This document shows positions 1 through 9,477 of a stretch of 64,000 bases of DNA, one piece after another. The notes beneath the pieces were generated by a model. That model was not told where the DNA came from and did not search any database. It saw nothing but the letters and a program-made list of their open reading frames with translations. Position numbers and translations under genes: made by a program. How positions within the stretch are numbered: position 1 is the first letter of the stretch; each line of letters opens with the position of its first letter. The stretch comes from Candidatus Saccharimonadales bacterium (lineage in GTDB: Bacteria > Patescibacteriota > Saccharimonadia > Saccharimonadales > DASZAF01): assembly GCA_035945435.1 (NCBI GenBank), contig DASZAF010000024.1, forward strand, positions 3,578 to 67,577, in the 5' to 3' direction.

Positions 1-728
1 TGGACACCTGTCAACTCATCATCATTTTCGGCAATAATCTGATTCGGATCGGAGTGGAACTTATCGGCGATCGACTGGGCCGTATCGCCGGAGGAGACGG
101 TGTAGACAACTCCGTTAACAGCTGGCACCCAGATCTGCTGGCCAGGGGTTAATGTATCTGAGGTTAGATCGTTAGCCCAACGGATGGTCTGGTCGGTCAA
201 TCCAAAAGCGGCCGCAACCGTAGCAGCTGAATCTCCCGGCCTGACGATATACTTATTGACCCCGAGCGGTAGACTCTGAGTAACGAGCTGGGGTTTGGTC
301 ACGTAGGTGTCCTGCGATTGGGCTAGAGCAGTCTTGACCGCTACTGTGTCGGCAACTTCTTTGACGTTGTTAACAACGAGCAGGTTGGCGCTGGTAGCCA
401 CGTTGGCAGCGGCAGTAACAGAGGCGACTTGGTCGACTGTTGGTGTCTGGCTACTGTTTTCAATAGCCATGACGATACCACTCTGGGAGGCACCATTCTG
501 AGATGGTTGATAGCCAAAAGCCAGGATTGTAACAACGACGAGAAAGAGGAGGCCATTCGATAAGACGGCTGGAGATTTTAGCTTTCTGACAAAGCCTAAG
601 AAGCCTGGAGAGCGTTTGGCGACAGCCTCGGGTACGTGCACTTTCTGCTGTACCTTCTGCAGCTGCTCTCTGGCAAATGTGGTGTCCACCCCTGGGGCGG
701 CCTTCTTCGGGCCTTTGATATCGAACAT
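1..728 (-). CDS. LysM peptidoglycan-binding surface protein (3' end runs off the window)
   Basis: Not in the ORF track; translated by hand from ATG 728 (MFDIKGPKK...). One TM segment (NGLLFLVVVTILAFGY), then two LysM repeats (YIVRPGDSAATVAAAFGLTDQTIRWANDL..LTPGQQIWVP; YTVSSGDTAQSIADKF). Frame stays open to base 1. Confidence 0.85.
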   Translation of the reverse strand, partial: MFDIKGPKKAAPGVDTTFAREQLQKVQQKVHVPEAVAKRSPGFLGFVRKLKSPAVLSNGLLFLVVVTILAFGYQPSQNGASQSGIVMAIENSSQTPTVDQVASVTAAANVATSANLLVVNNVKEVADTVAVKTALAQSQDTYVTKPQLVTQSLPLGVNKYIVRPGDSAATVAAAFGLTDQTIRWANDLTSDTLTPGQQIWVPAVNGVVYTVSSGDTAQSIADKFHSDPNQIIAENDDELTGV

Positions 729-833
729 CTTCCTCTTTTGCGCCTATGCGCTTAGTTCAAGAGTGTTTTTGATCAATTTTTAATGTTTCAGTTTTTTAGC
801 GTTAGCTACACAAGCAGCAAACGCTTGGCTTAT

Positions 834-862
834 ATTTTACTCGTTTCAGAGAGGCCAGTCAA
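834..862 (-). promoter_or_regulatory. sigma70-type promoter of the LysM gene
   Basis: TTGACT-17 nt-TAAAAT on the minus strand, about 100 nt upstream of the ATG. Confidence 0.6.
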
Positions 863-887
863 TCGACCGCAAGCATCTTCGTCCCTG

Positions 888-2009
888 TTATTGGCAGAGC
901 TTTGTGCAGTATTGTTGAGTGTTGGCTTGCTGCTGGGCCTGGGTATAGCTGAAGTGGAGCACCCCGTTGTCTCCGGCTACAAAATAGAGGTAGCTGGTGT
1001 TTGACGGGTTGGCGACTGCTTCAAGGGCAGCCAGGGAGATATTGCCGATCGGCCCCGGCGGTAGACCAGGATTGATCCGGGTGTTATACGGCGAGCTGAT
1101 GTTGAGATCCGGAGCGATACCTGCCAGATGTGATGCGTAGATGAAGGTGACGTCCGAACCAAGCGGCATATTGGCTTTAAGACGGGAGATAAAGACCTGG
1201 GCGACAGTCTGCTGGTCCTGATAGCTACTAGCCTCTTGTTGGACAACTGAAGCCAGCGTTATACCTTGGTAGAGCGTGAAGCCTTCGGTCTGAAGTTTGG
1301 GGATGATATCGTTTGCTTGGATCTGAGTATAGAAGTCGTCAAAAGACTTCTGGAGTAGTTGCTGGGGTGTCGTCTCAACGGTCAGCTCGTAGGTGTCCGG
1401 GAAGACATAGCCCTCAAGGCTTGTACCTGCCGGTTTGCCGGCAAAGAGTGGCCCGCTATACGAGCCTGCGAAAGCAGCCTGAACGGAGGAGCTACTAAAA
1501 CCTGCATCCTCAAAGCTCGACTCGATCTGGGTCAGGTACTTACCGGGTAGCAGGGTGATCTGGTAGGTGTCTACCTGGCCATTAACCATCATCGTCACCA
1601 TCCGTTGCACAGAGTAGCTCGGCGAAAAGAGATATGTCCCCGCCTGCAGTTCGGTTTTAGCCAGGCTGTGATCGACATACCACTTAAACGTCGTTGCATC
1701 GCGAATAAGCCCCTTGCTAGCAAGGAGATTGGCCACCTGCCCCGGACCATCACCCGCGACGACCGTAACCTGGACTCGTCTCGAGATGGATGAGACCGGC
1801 TTAAGACTGTCGTGGTACCAGTGGAGAGTATAGAGAGCGCTCCCGACGATGGCGACGATAACGATCGCAACAAAGACCACCAGAATAGTCAGTCGGCTTC
1901 GAACGATCCGTTGAACAAATCCGCCTGGTGACCACCCTTTCTTCTTGTGAGCCACTATATGGTTCGCTTCGTCCAGTATCGGATGTGGTCGGATCTTATT
2001 ATTCTGCAT
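888..2009 (-). CDS. mltG: Endolytic transglycosylase MltG (YceG family)
   Basis: N-terminal TM; motifs LEGYVFPDTY, ASVVQQE, SPYNTR..PGLPPGPIGN, YLYFVA. Confidence 0.95.
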   Translation of the reverse strand: MQNNKIRPHPILDEANHIVAHKKKGWSPGGFVQRIVRSRLTILVVFVAIVIVAIVGSALYTLHWYHDSLKPVSSISRRVQVTVVAGDGPGQVANLLASKGLIRDATTFKWYVDHSLAKTELQAGTYLFSPSYSVQRMVTMMVNGQVDTYQITLLPGKYLTQIESSFEDAGFSSSSVQAAFAGSYSGPLFAGKPAGTSLEGYVFPDTYELTVETTPQQLLQKSFDDFYTQIQANDIIPKLQTEGFTLYQGITLASVVQQEASSYQDQQTVAQVFISRLKANMPLGSDVTFIYASHLAGIAPDLNISSPYNTRINPGLPPGPIGNISLAALEAVANPSNTSYLYFVAGDNGVLHFSYTQAQQQANTQQYCTKLCQ

Positions 2010-2012
2010 CAG

Positions 2013-2420
2013 CTAATCTCTCTGCTCTTCGAGGTAGTCACGCAGTATGTAGGCGGCGGCTAGTTTATCGACATCTTCTTTAGCATAGGGTTTGTTATGT
2101 TCCTTCAGGCTCTCTTCTGCGATAACAGAGGTCAGAGACTCATCCTGAAAGATAACATCCAGCCCTGCTTCCTTTAGCTTATCGGCAAACTGCCGAACGG
2201 TGGTCGTTTGGTTTGTCTCTTCGCCCTGTTGGTTCCTCGGCAGCCCGACAATAATGGCGTCGGCTTCTTTCTCACGGACCAGTCTCTTGATCTCATCGAC
2301 TACGTTTTCGCCAGCCTGAATCGTCACCAAAGGTACGGCTACTTGCGGATCAGCCGCCGTCCAGGCAATTCCGATCCTCTTCTGGCCGACATCAATCCCG
2401 AGCAGAGCTCGCCTAGCCAT
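2013..2420 (-). CDS. ruvX: Holliday junction resolvase-like / pre-16S rRNA nuclease RuvX (YqgF)
   Basis: GIDVGQKRIGIA, VGLP, DESLTS, DKLAAAYIL motifs. Confidence 0.93.
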   Translation of the reverse strand: MARRALLGIDVGQKRIGIAWTAADPQVAVPLVTIQAGENVVDEIKRLVREKEADAIIVGLPRNQQGEETNQTTTVRQFADKLKEAGLDVIFQDESLTSVIAEESLKEHNKPYAKEDVDKLAAAYILRDYLEEQRD

Positions 2421-4095
2421 GCGCCACTTGTAGCTTTATCGATGTCTTGGACGGTTTGGGTACCTGTGTCACCCAGAAGGGCGAGTAGTGAACTTGGACC
2501 GATTTCACACCTGGCAGAGCCGTAACAGTAGCCTGAACCTGGCCTTCTTTGTCACCCTGAAGTTCTTTAGCAAGCTGAGCTATGTCGATATGTGGGCCTA
2601 TGTAGCCGGTTGCTGTGAACTGGGCAGTAGCCGTGGTTGGGTTTGAACTCGAGGGCTTACCTGTCACACTGACCGATAAGTGGCTAAAACCATTATTGAT
2701 GACACCCTGTTGAGACTTATTGGTAATTAGACTATTGAAGTAAGACGTCAGGACGGCGTTAATGTCGGTATTACTCATGCCAAGCATATAATATGTCACT
2801 GGTATTGTGACCGTCGCGTTACTGGCCTGCTGGCCGACTGCAGGAGAGCTGGTCGGCGTACCGTATTTGGCGATGAAACTGTCTTTGAGTACCCAGGTAT
2901 TTGCGTCAAATTCACCTGCCAACTGGCTTTCAACGCTGGAGTCACTTTGGCTCTCAAGTGCAGCGATAGCGGTGTTGAGATCAGATTGCTGAATGATAGT
3001 AACGGTCTGTGGCGTCGTACCACCTGAGGCCTGGCCGTAACCTACAACATAGGTGCCATTTGGATCGCCATTGAACACAAAATCTTGGGCACTGCTCATG
3101 TTGTAGTTAGTTCCTAAAGCTGTTGCCTGCACAGACACACCCGAGAGAGTACCGGCATGCCCACCTGGACTCGGCGAACAACCAGAAGACGGACCAGTGT
3201 AGCCAGGGATTGTGTATGACTGAGTGGTTGTATAATCTAAGCCGTTGACGCTGAAAACGCTACCACTACCGAGTGAAAAAGTATTCGGGGATTGATCCTC
3301 GCATTGATAGACTGTAATCGTACCAGTCGCCGGAGTTCCTATGGTCTTCGAGCCGGTACCGTTAAACGTCTTCGACAGAGTCGTCTGATCTTGTCTGACA
3401 ATTGGCTGTATCTCTCGACTGGTGGCATTCGTACTGTTGTTCTGATCCAGATTAACGGCAAATGACCCGTTCTTAGCACTAGCTGCTGCCTGGATAGTAA
3501 TTGTGGCATGTGGCGCATAGGCAAAGGCCCAAACCAAAAAGATGATCAAGACTACGAGACCCGCAGCGCCCAGAATTATCCACTTACGGAACTTCTCGAA
3601 ATTAGGGATCTTTATCCCACCATGGCCTTTACTCTTAGTTGGCTGTTTCGAGGCCGGTTTTCGGTCCCCGATAACATCGTCAGCAGCCGTCAGACCGGCG
3701 GCTTTACTGGCGGCATCCGCCTTATTCGGCGTGACCGGTTTAGGGCTCTCGTCGTCTTTCTTAGGAGTTCTAACTTCACCCTCGATAACCTCAGATTCGT
3801 TCTTAAGCGACTCGTTGGCTGGAACAATTTCAGGGCGGGATTGAAGATCGTGAGCGATCGGTATACCAAGGCCGGCGGTAAGAGCAGAGAGCGCTTGATC
3901 GCCCGTAATAAGAACGATTCGCTTATTAGCGGCGTCACCTGCTTTTTTGAGCAACTTAAGGTTAACTACGCTCTGCAGAACACCCACCCGTCGAGGTGGG
4001 ACAAGGGCTACGATGTTCTCTTTGGCATTCTTGATCTTACCGATTATCGCGGTAATATCGTCTTCGACATCGATGTAGATGACATCTTTTTTCAT
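2413..4095 (-). CDS. CPR-type single-pass membrane protein (cytoplasmic N-domain, TM, baseplate J/gp47-like extracellular region)
   Basis: N-terminal IYIDVEDDITAII..LVPP..LQSVVNLKLLK; one TM; ATGTITVY..VQATALGTNYN; C-terminal LPGVKSVQVHYSPFWV. Overlaps both neighbours. Family recalled from memory. Confidence 0.65.
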   Translation of the reverse strand: MKKDVIYIDVEDDITAIIGKIKNAKENIVALVPPRRVGVLQSVVNLKLLKKAGDAANKRIVLITGDQALSALTAGLGIPIAHDLQSRPEIVPANESLKNESEVIEGEVRTPKKDDESPKPVTPNKADAASKAAGLTAADDVIGDRKPASKQPTKSKGHGGIKIPNFEKFRKWIILGAAGLVVLIIFLVWAFAYAPHATITIQAAASAKNGSFAVNLDQNNSTNATSREIQPIVRQDQTTLSKTFNGTGSKTIGTPATGTITVYQCEDQSPNTFSLGSGSVFSVNGLDYTTTQSYTIPGYTGPSSGCSPSPGGHAGTLSGVSVQATALGTNYNMSSAQDFVFNGDPNGTYVVGYGQASGGTTPQTVTIIQQSDLNTAIAALESQSDSSVESQLAGEFDANTWVLKDSFIAKYGTPTSSPAVGQQASNATVTIPVTYYMLGMSNTDINAVLTSYFNSLITNKSQQGVINNGFSHLSVSVTGKPSSSNPTTATAQFTATGYIGPHIDIAQLAKELQGDKEGQVQATVTALPGVKSVQVHYSPFWVTQVPKPSKTSIKLQVAHG

Positions 4096-5375
4096 ATCCT
4101 GAGCATTCGATTGAGCTTATCCTTCAGGGAGTCGGCTGCTTCACCGGTACCTACCATCGTATCATAACCGACCCTGAGAAGACCCATGGCTGTAACGAAC
4201 GTATGATCGCCCGCCTTACCTGTTGAATCCTTAATGCCAGCCACCTGTTCGGGCGTAATTCTCTGTATCGTCGGCTCACGCGTAAAGGGCAGATCCTTAT
4301 ACCATTTGGTCTCTTTTAGGACATGAACGAGCGGCTGTAGACTAGCGCCACCGCCACAGAGCAGAACGTGGTTCGGTAAGTGGTCGATGGCATCGAATTC
4401 GCTGAGGGCTAGCTCAACTCCGTCGATCCAGACATCTAATGTCTTGGTGAGTGCTTTTAGGACCTTGGCCTTATCTGCCCCATTCATCTCGTCTTTATCG
4501 GTCAGGCCGACCTTGAGCATCTCCGCTCGATTGTAGTCGATATCCATCTCGGTCGCGATGGTCTTAGTAAAAGCGCGGCCTCCGATACCAAATGACTTGG
4601 TGCCTTCGACACCACCGTCGTTGATAACAGCGACGTCGCTTGTCCCACCACCGATATCGATTACGACTGAGCTAAAATTACTGCTCGCATCCGTACCAAG
4701 AAGTGAACGGGCCACGGCAAACGGTTCAGCGGCTACGGCTATGAGATCGAGATCAAGCTCTGAGGCAGTTCGCTCCAGTGCACCGATATGAACCATTGGG
4801 GCGAAAGCGGTATAGATTTGGATTGCCACGTCTTTACCCTGGAAACCGATCGGATTGCTGACTTTGTAGCTGTCGATGTGGATACTGACGATCGCGCTGT
4901 TAACGAGTTTGATCTCGACGTCTTCGTTGCCCGTCTCCCAGGCTACCAACTTGCGGACTTTGTCGTGGGCTCGCTCTTGGACCTTCTCGATGATGAACTC
5001 CATCTCGTCCATATCGAGCGGTTTGTCGGGTTCGGCGCGCTTGTATCTAATCGTATGTGTCAGTCCCTTGACCAGCTCGCCGGCTACTCCGACGACCGCC
5101 TGACGGACAGTCATCCCAGCCTGCTGCTCGGCATCGCCAAGAGCCTGTTCGCAGTTTCGGACGACGGCGGCAATATCGGCGATAGCACCTGAATGCATAT
5201 CGTCGAGGCCTTGGTGAGCTTTGCCGGCACCAATAATCTCAATCGATTCCCCATCGATCCGGGCGATAAGAACTTTGACATATTCGGTTCCGATGTCGAG
5301 AGCAACAACATGTGCTCCGTCAGCACCTTTGCCGCCATTCGAAGGAATCGCTTTCTTCAGCTTGCCGAGAATCAT
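4092..5375 (-). CDS. FtsA/PilM-like actin-fold ATPase
   Basis: ALDIGTEYVK, IDIGGGTSD, GIGGRAFT, LCGGGA actin-fold motifs. Start placed at ATG 5375, 7 nt after TATAAT. Confidence 0.85.
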   Translation of the reverse strand: MILGKLKKAIPSNGGKGADGAHVVALDIGTEYVKVLIARIDGESIEIIGAGKAHQGLDDMHSGAIADIAAVVRNCEQALGDAEQQAGMTVRQAVVGVAGELVKGLTHTIRYKRAEPDKPLDMDEMEFIIEKVQERAHDKVRKLVAWETGNEDVEIKLVNSAIVSIHIDSYKVSNPIGFQGKDVAIQIYTAFAPMVHIGALERTASELDLDLIAVAAEPFAVARSLLGTDASSNFSSVVIDIGGGTSDVAVINDGGVEGTKSFGIGGRAFTKTIATEMDIDYNRAEMLKVGLTDKDEMNGADKAKVLKALTKTLDVWIDGVELALSEFDAIDHLPNHVLLCGGGASLQPLVHVLKETKWYKDLPFTREPTIQRITPEQVAGIKDSTGKAGDHTFVTAMGLLRVGYDTMVGTGEAADSLKDKLNRMLRI

Positions 5376-5466
5376 CAGGGTCATTATACATCACCCCGCC
5401 TATTTTGTTTACGCTTGTACAAAGTGATGCGTACAGAGAAAGATCCAGAACATTGTAAGCGGCTAC

Positions 5467-6159
5467 TTAGGGATGGAGCATAAGACTAACTCCACCAATA
5501 CCTTGAGCATAGGCCGCCCTGGCCACATTCCTTGCTTCACTGCTTGCTCCATCAGCCTCTGGCGACCAGGCGGACATGACAGCGAGGCTGCCAGAATCCG
5601 CAGTAAGCCCTGTGGCCCCGACAAAACCAACTCCACGTAATCGTTCAGCAGTCCTGACACCCACTTCGTCGCCATATATCTCAGTCGACAGAGCCGAGGC
5701 ACCTCCACCGAACGCAGCCGCCATACCCCCGAGCACGGCAACCTGCGCAACTCGCTCCAGCTGCGGAGCCTTGAGACGTTCTCGTGGGAGAAGATGTCCT
5801 TGCATGCCGAAGAGACAGACGTCAAGTTGAGGATCACCGTCGTCGACCTCGTGGAGGCGCGCTACTCCGAGCGGTTCGTCAGGCCTACAATCGACATCAG
5901 GCTCAACGATCGTAACAGCCCAGAGTCTAGCTGAAGCCTTACCTAATTCACGGATTCTCCTCGTAAGAAATTCGAGAGTGCGTCCTCTCGAAACAAAGAG
6001 AGGCCACTCCCCTGAGACATGCAGACAGTCGGCCATCGCTGTTGGCACGACTTTGTCCCACCACGCATACTTGGCGACGGCAGTTGACAGCCACACGCGA
6101 TAGCCTTCAGTTGTATCGACTATCGCTATTTCTGGAGAAAAGGATGCGGTTTTAGTCAT
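5467..6159 (-). CDS. Hypothetical protein, possibly divergent GNAT fold; paralog of 6159-6854
   Basis: Shares WAV..LGVARL..QLDVCLFG..YGD..A..L..VGF with the adjacent ORF. Confidence 0.55.
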   Translation of the reverse strand: MTKTASFSPEIAIVDTTEGYRVWLSTAVAKYAWWDKVVPTAMADCLHVSGEWPLFVSRGRTLEFLTRRIRELGKASARLWAVTIVEPDVDCRPDEPLGVARLHEVDDGDPQLDVCLFGMQGHLLPRERLKAPQLERVAQVAVLGGMAAAFGGGASALSTEIYGDEVGVRTAERLRGVGFVGATGLTADSGSLAVMSAWSPEADGASSEARNVARAAYAQGIGGVSLMLHP

Positions 6160-6854
6160 TACGCCCGAGGTTCAAAGCTAGTTCGTTCGCTAAAGGCTCG
6201 CCAGGCTGCGAGGCTGCGTTCACCAACCCTCCGTTCTGCCGCTGTCCGCGCTAAGCCTGCGGGTAAAACTACCAGCTCACATTGACGGTGACTGGGGTCG
6301 CCTAAATACCAATCGGTATTTTGCTCGGTTCTTGTAGGTCTGAAGCCGACTTCATCAAGCATGTGGGCCGCGTGGTATCCTGGAAGGCCGTCACCGTACT
6401 GACTCTGGACAACATGCGTGCCATTCCTACGAGATATTTCAGCCAAACCTCCGATGGCTCGCATGGCCACCTGAACCTTCGCCTCGTCATCAAGCCCTTC
6501 TATACCGAAGAGGGCAAGATCCAGTTGGTCGTTGACTACCTCATCCGCATCTGACGCAAGTCGTAGCCTGCCAATGCCGATAAGCTGACGGCCTGCTCTC
6601 CCACGGTCCATCTGAACTGCCCATGCACCCACTCCTAGTGACGCAAAACCATCCACGGCTCTACTCAGTAGCCTCGCTGATTCACCCCGCTCCCAAAGTG
6701 AGGCCACGCTACCTGCCTGCATCCAACATTCATCAGGTTGTCCAGGGAATTCTGCCGCACTCCAGTCGAGATCACTTTCGGCATGCCGGACTAGATGCAC
6801 GCCTGGACCGTCTAGCGAGCTGCCTTCAACCAACAATCTAGTTTCTAGGGACAT
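6159..6854 (-). CDS. Hypothetical protein, possibly divergent GNAT fold; paralog of 5467-6159
   Basis: WAV..IGIGRL..QLDLALFG..YGD..A..L..VGF; stop overlaps the start of the next gene. Confidence 0.55.
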   Translation of the reverse strand: MSLETRLLVEGSSLDGPGVHLVRHAESDLDWSAAEFPGQPDECWMQAGSVASLWERGESARLLSRAVDGFASLGVGAWAVQMDRGRAGRQLIGIGRLRLASDADEVVNDQLDLALFGIEGLDDEAKVQVAMRAIGGLAEISRRNGTHVVQSQYGDGLPGYHAAHMLDEVGFRPTRTEQNTDWYLGDPSHRQCELVVLPAGLARTAAERRVGERSLAAWRAFSERTSFEPRA

Positions 6855-6935
6855 ACTTTTCTCATTACCTTCCTCGCACCCGTTTAAGCAATCTTAAACC
6901 TATACTAGCTGTCCTGTCCAGTATAGAGTCTGGTT

Positions 6936-8843
6936 TCAAACGAGTGCGGCTTTGATCCGACGGACGCCGGCCGACGACGATTCCTCTTTGAGGATCTTGA
7001 ATCTCTTACCACCTTCGGCAAGCTCAGAAGTGTTATCGACATGAGGACCACCACAAATCTCAAAGCTAAATGGCTTCTCTTCTCCATCAGCTTTCATCGT
7101 ATAAACCTTGACCTTCTCACCATACTTATCGCCAAATGCACCCATCGCACCACGCTTGAACGCTTCATCAGTCGGCAGTTCCTCCCAAGTGACGGTCAGG
7201 CTCTTTTTGATCTGCTCGTTAACAATCTCTTCAATCTTGGCAATCTCTTCGGGAGTTACCTTCTCAGGATGACTAAAATCAAAACGGAGACGCTCCTCAG
7301 TAATGTTGCTGCCACGCTGGATGACATGGTCGCCAAGTACCAGACGCAAAGCTTTGTACATGAGGTGTGTCGCAGAGTGGTACTTACGATGCATGTCACT
7401 GCGGCCTTCGAGGCCGCCCTTGAATTGGCCTTTGAAAGCTGTCCGGCTGCGTTCTTTCTGAGCATCCATGGCATGCATGAAGTCGTGCTGCCAGTTCGGA
7501 GCGATCTTCACTTTATGACGACCAGCCTCTTCGAGGCTCAGCTCAGTCGGGAAACCATAGGTGTCATAGAGTTTAAAGACCGTCTCGCCATCAAGCTCAG
7601 TTTTGCCCTGTAGCTCTCGTTCAAAGTGTCTGACGCCTGCCTGAAGCGTCTGGCGGAAGAGTTTCTCTTCCTTAACAAGCGCATCAATGATCTGTTGCTT
7701 ATTGGAAGTTACCTCCGGGTAATCCTTCTCGTAGAGACTGACAACGACTGGGACGACTTTTTCAAGTAGGCCGTTGTCGACGTTGAGATCAAAGGCAAAA
7801 CGAACAGCCCTGCGGATCAGACGTCGCAGGACATATCCCTGCTCGTTATTGCTTGGTAGAACACCATCAACAACCAAGAAGACTGCACCTCGTAGGTGGT
7901 CGGCAATTACTCTCATTGAGGCTTCATTACCGAGATACATATGACCAGTCAGTTTCTCAAGTTCCTGGATGATCGGCCAGAGGAGACTGATCCTAAACAT
8001 ATCTCCACTGCCTTCTGCGGCTTGAGAGATACGTTCCAGCCCACCACCAAAGTCAACATTACCGGCGGGCAGTTTTTCGAAGCTATCGGCAGCGAAACCA
8101 CCGTTAACCCGCTTGTAGGTCATAAAAACGCTGTTACCTACCTCAACGTAACGGCCACAGTCACAGTTTGGGTGACAGTGCTCTCCATAGGCCGGATCGT
8201 GTGGTATGTGCTCAAAGAGGTAGAAGACTTCGCTGGTCGGCCCACAAGGGTCGCCAACTGGCGTTGTCTTCTCGGGGCCACCACGGCTCCACCAGTTCTT
8301 CTTACCGTCATAGTAAAAGATCCGCTCACCATCCTTGACCCCCCGGGCCGCCCCATCAGTCTCTGAGCCAAGGTCTGCCTCAAGTGCATCGATCCCCTTT
8401 TCCTTGAAAAGTCGTTTCCATATCTCGCTGGACTCTTTATCCCGAGGAATTTCAAGCCTTTCGTTGCCTATATAGCATGTGACGTAAATCTTCTGAGGAT
8501 CAAGACCAACAACCACGGTTAAGAATTCAAAGAACCATGGTAACTGTTCTTTCTTAAAGTAGTCACCGAGACTCCAGTTGCCAAGCATCTCAAAGAACGT
8601 GGTGTGACGATTATCCCCTATTTCCTCTATATCCTCGGCCCGAAAGCATGTCTGTGAGTCAGCAATGCGCTTACCTTCCGGGTGTGGTGCACCTAGTAGG
8701 TACGGCACCATAGGCTGCATACCGCTCCCAGTAAAGAGGGTGGTCGGATCGTCCTGCGGGACGAGATTGGCTCGTGGAATAATGACGTGCTGCCTGTCTT
8801 TTACGAACTTTAAGTACGCAGCACGGATCTCTTCAGCTTTCAT
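6936..8843 (-). CDS. alaS: Alanine--tRNA ligase, short form without the C-Ala domain
   Basis: TLFTGSGMQP, RHTTFFEMLGNWS, DFGGGLER, editing motifs HSATHL and EICGGPHV; ends at GVRRIKAALV. Start reassigned to MKAEEIR (8843). Confidence 0.96.
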   Translation of the reverse strand: MKAEEIRAAYLKFVKDRQHVIIPRANLVPQDDPTTLFTGSGMQPMVPYLLGAPHPEGKRIADSQTCFRAEDIEEIGDNRHTTFFEMLGNWSLGDYFKKEQLPWFFEFLTVVVGLDPQKIYVTCYIGNERLEIPRDKESSEIWKRLFKEKGIDALEADLGSETDGAARGVKDGERIFYYDGKKNWWSRGGPEKTTPVGDPCGPTSEVFYLFEHIPHDPAYGEHCHPNCDCGRYVEVGNSVFMTYKRVNGGFAADSFEKLPAGNVDFGGGLERISQAAEGSGDMFRISLLWPIIQELEKLTGHMYLGNEASMRVIADHLRGAVFLVVDGVLPSNNEQGYVLRRLIRRAVRFAFDLNVDNGLLEKVVPVVVSLYEKDYPEVTSNKQQIIDALVKEEKLFRQTLQAGVRHFERELQGKTELDGETVFKLYDTYGFPTELSLEEAGRHKVKIAPNWQHDFMHAMDAQKERSRTAFKGQFKGGLEGRSDMHRKYHSATHLMYKALRLVLGDHVIQRGSNITEERLRFDFSHPEKVTPEEIAKIEEIVNEQIKKSLTVTWEELPTDEAFKRGAMGAFGDKYGEKVKVYTMKADGEEKPFSFEICGGPHVDNTSELAEGGKRFKILKEESSSAGVRRIKAALV

Positions 8844-8896
8844 ACGGTCATAGTATACCTTAGCCAACAGATAGCATAAAGGGGTATAATGGGTGT

Positions 8897-9169
8897 ATGA
8901 GTGAGAGACATTTGAGAATTGTCGGTGAACAAGATGGTGAAGTAGATCTGCAAGAACGCCAGCCGAGAGATTCGACATGGACCAGCATAGCTGGTCTTGT
9001 CAGAGCCGTGGTTGGAGGCCCGAGACTGGTGGGCGAAGCCAGTCCAAGTGACAGATGGCGAGGCACAGGTGGCACGGGTAACTACGATCAAACCATTGCT
9101 GTCATAGCTGGACGCGAAGCTGATCCGTCACCGCTGGCAAGACGCCTTAGGATTGTGGACGAACTATAA
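8897..9169 (+). CDS. Hypothetical protein (90 aa)
   Basis: Fills the alaS-mnmA gap; TATAAT 6 nt before the ATG; coupled to the next ORF. Confidence 0.55.
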   Translation: MSERHLRIVGEQDGEVDLQERQPRDSTWTSIAGLVRAVVGGPRLVGEASPSDRWRGTGGTGNYDQTIAVIAGREADPSPLARRLRIVDEL

Positions 9170-9477
9170 TGACCCAGTACCATGAAAATCAACCTGGTCC
9201 AGATGGAGAACCGGGTATTGAGTCGCAGCCCGGGCTTGTTGGAAGGATAGTCCAAGTTAATGAAGATACATATCTTATATACCCGCCCGGTGGTGGCAAT
9301 CCTGAAGAAGTTTCCGCAGAAGAGCTGATGGGTGCCGATATGATGTACGGAGATGGAATGCTTGGACTCAGATTGAGAGGAATTGGTCGAGCCGCAGCTG
9401 GTGCGGGCGATGAAGAGGAGCCACGACCGAGAATGACTATAGTTAATATGCCTGGTACGGATGAGCCGTATCTCTAG
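9169..9477 (+). CDS. Acidic hypothetical protein (102 aa)
   Basis: TAATG overlap with the upstream ORF; its stop abuts the mnmA stop. Confidence 0.55.
   Translation: MTQYHENQPGPDGEPGIESQPGLVGRIVQVNEDTYLIYPPGGGNPEEVSAEELMGADMMYGDGMLGLRLRGIGRAAAGAGDEEEPRPRMTIVNMPGTDEPYL

Noticed and set aside
798-825. Hairpin upstream of the LysM gene as a terminator or riboswitch
   Set aside because: On the coding strand it is followed by an A run, not a U run, and it matches no aptamer I recognise; probably a 5' stabilising stem.
3508-4167. 219-aa plus-strand ORF and the many other antisense or nested ORFs in the track
   Set aside because: They shadow well-supported genes and have no motifs or initiation signals.
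6936-8843. alaS as a truncated pseudogene
   Set aside because: Catalytic and editing motifs are intact and the stop is clean; C-Ala-less AlaRS is a known short form in reduced genomes.
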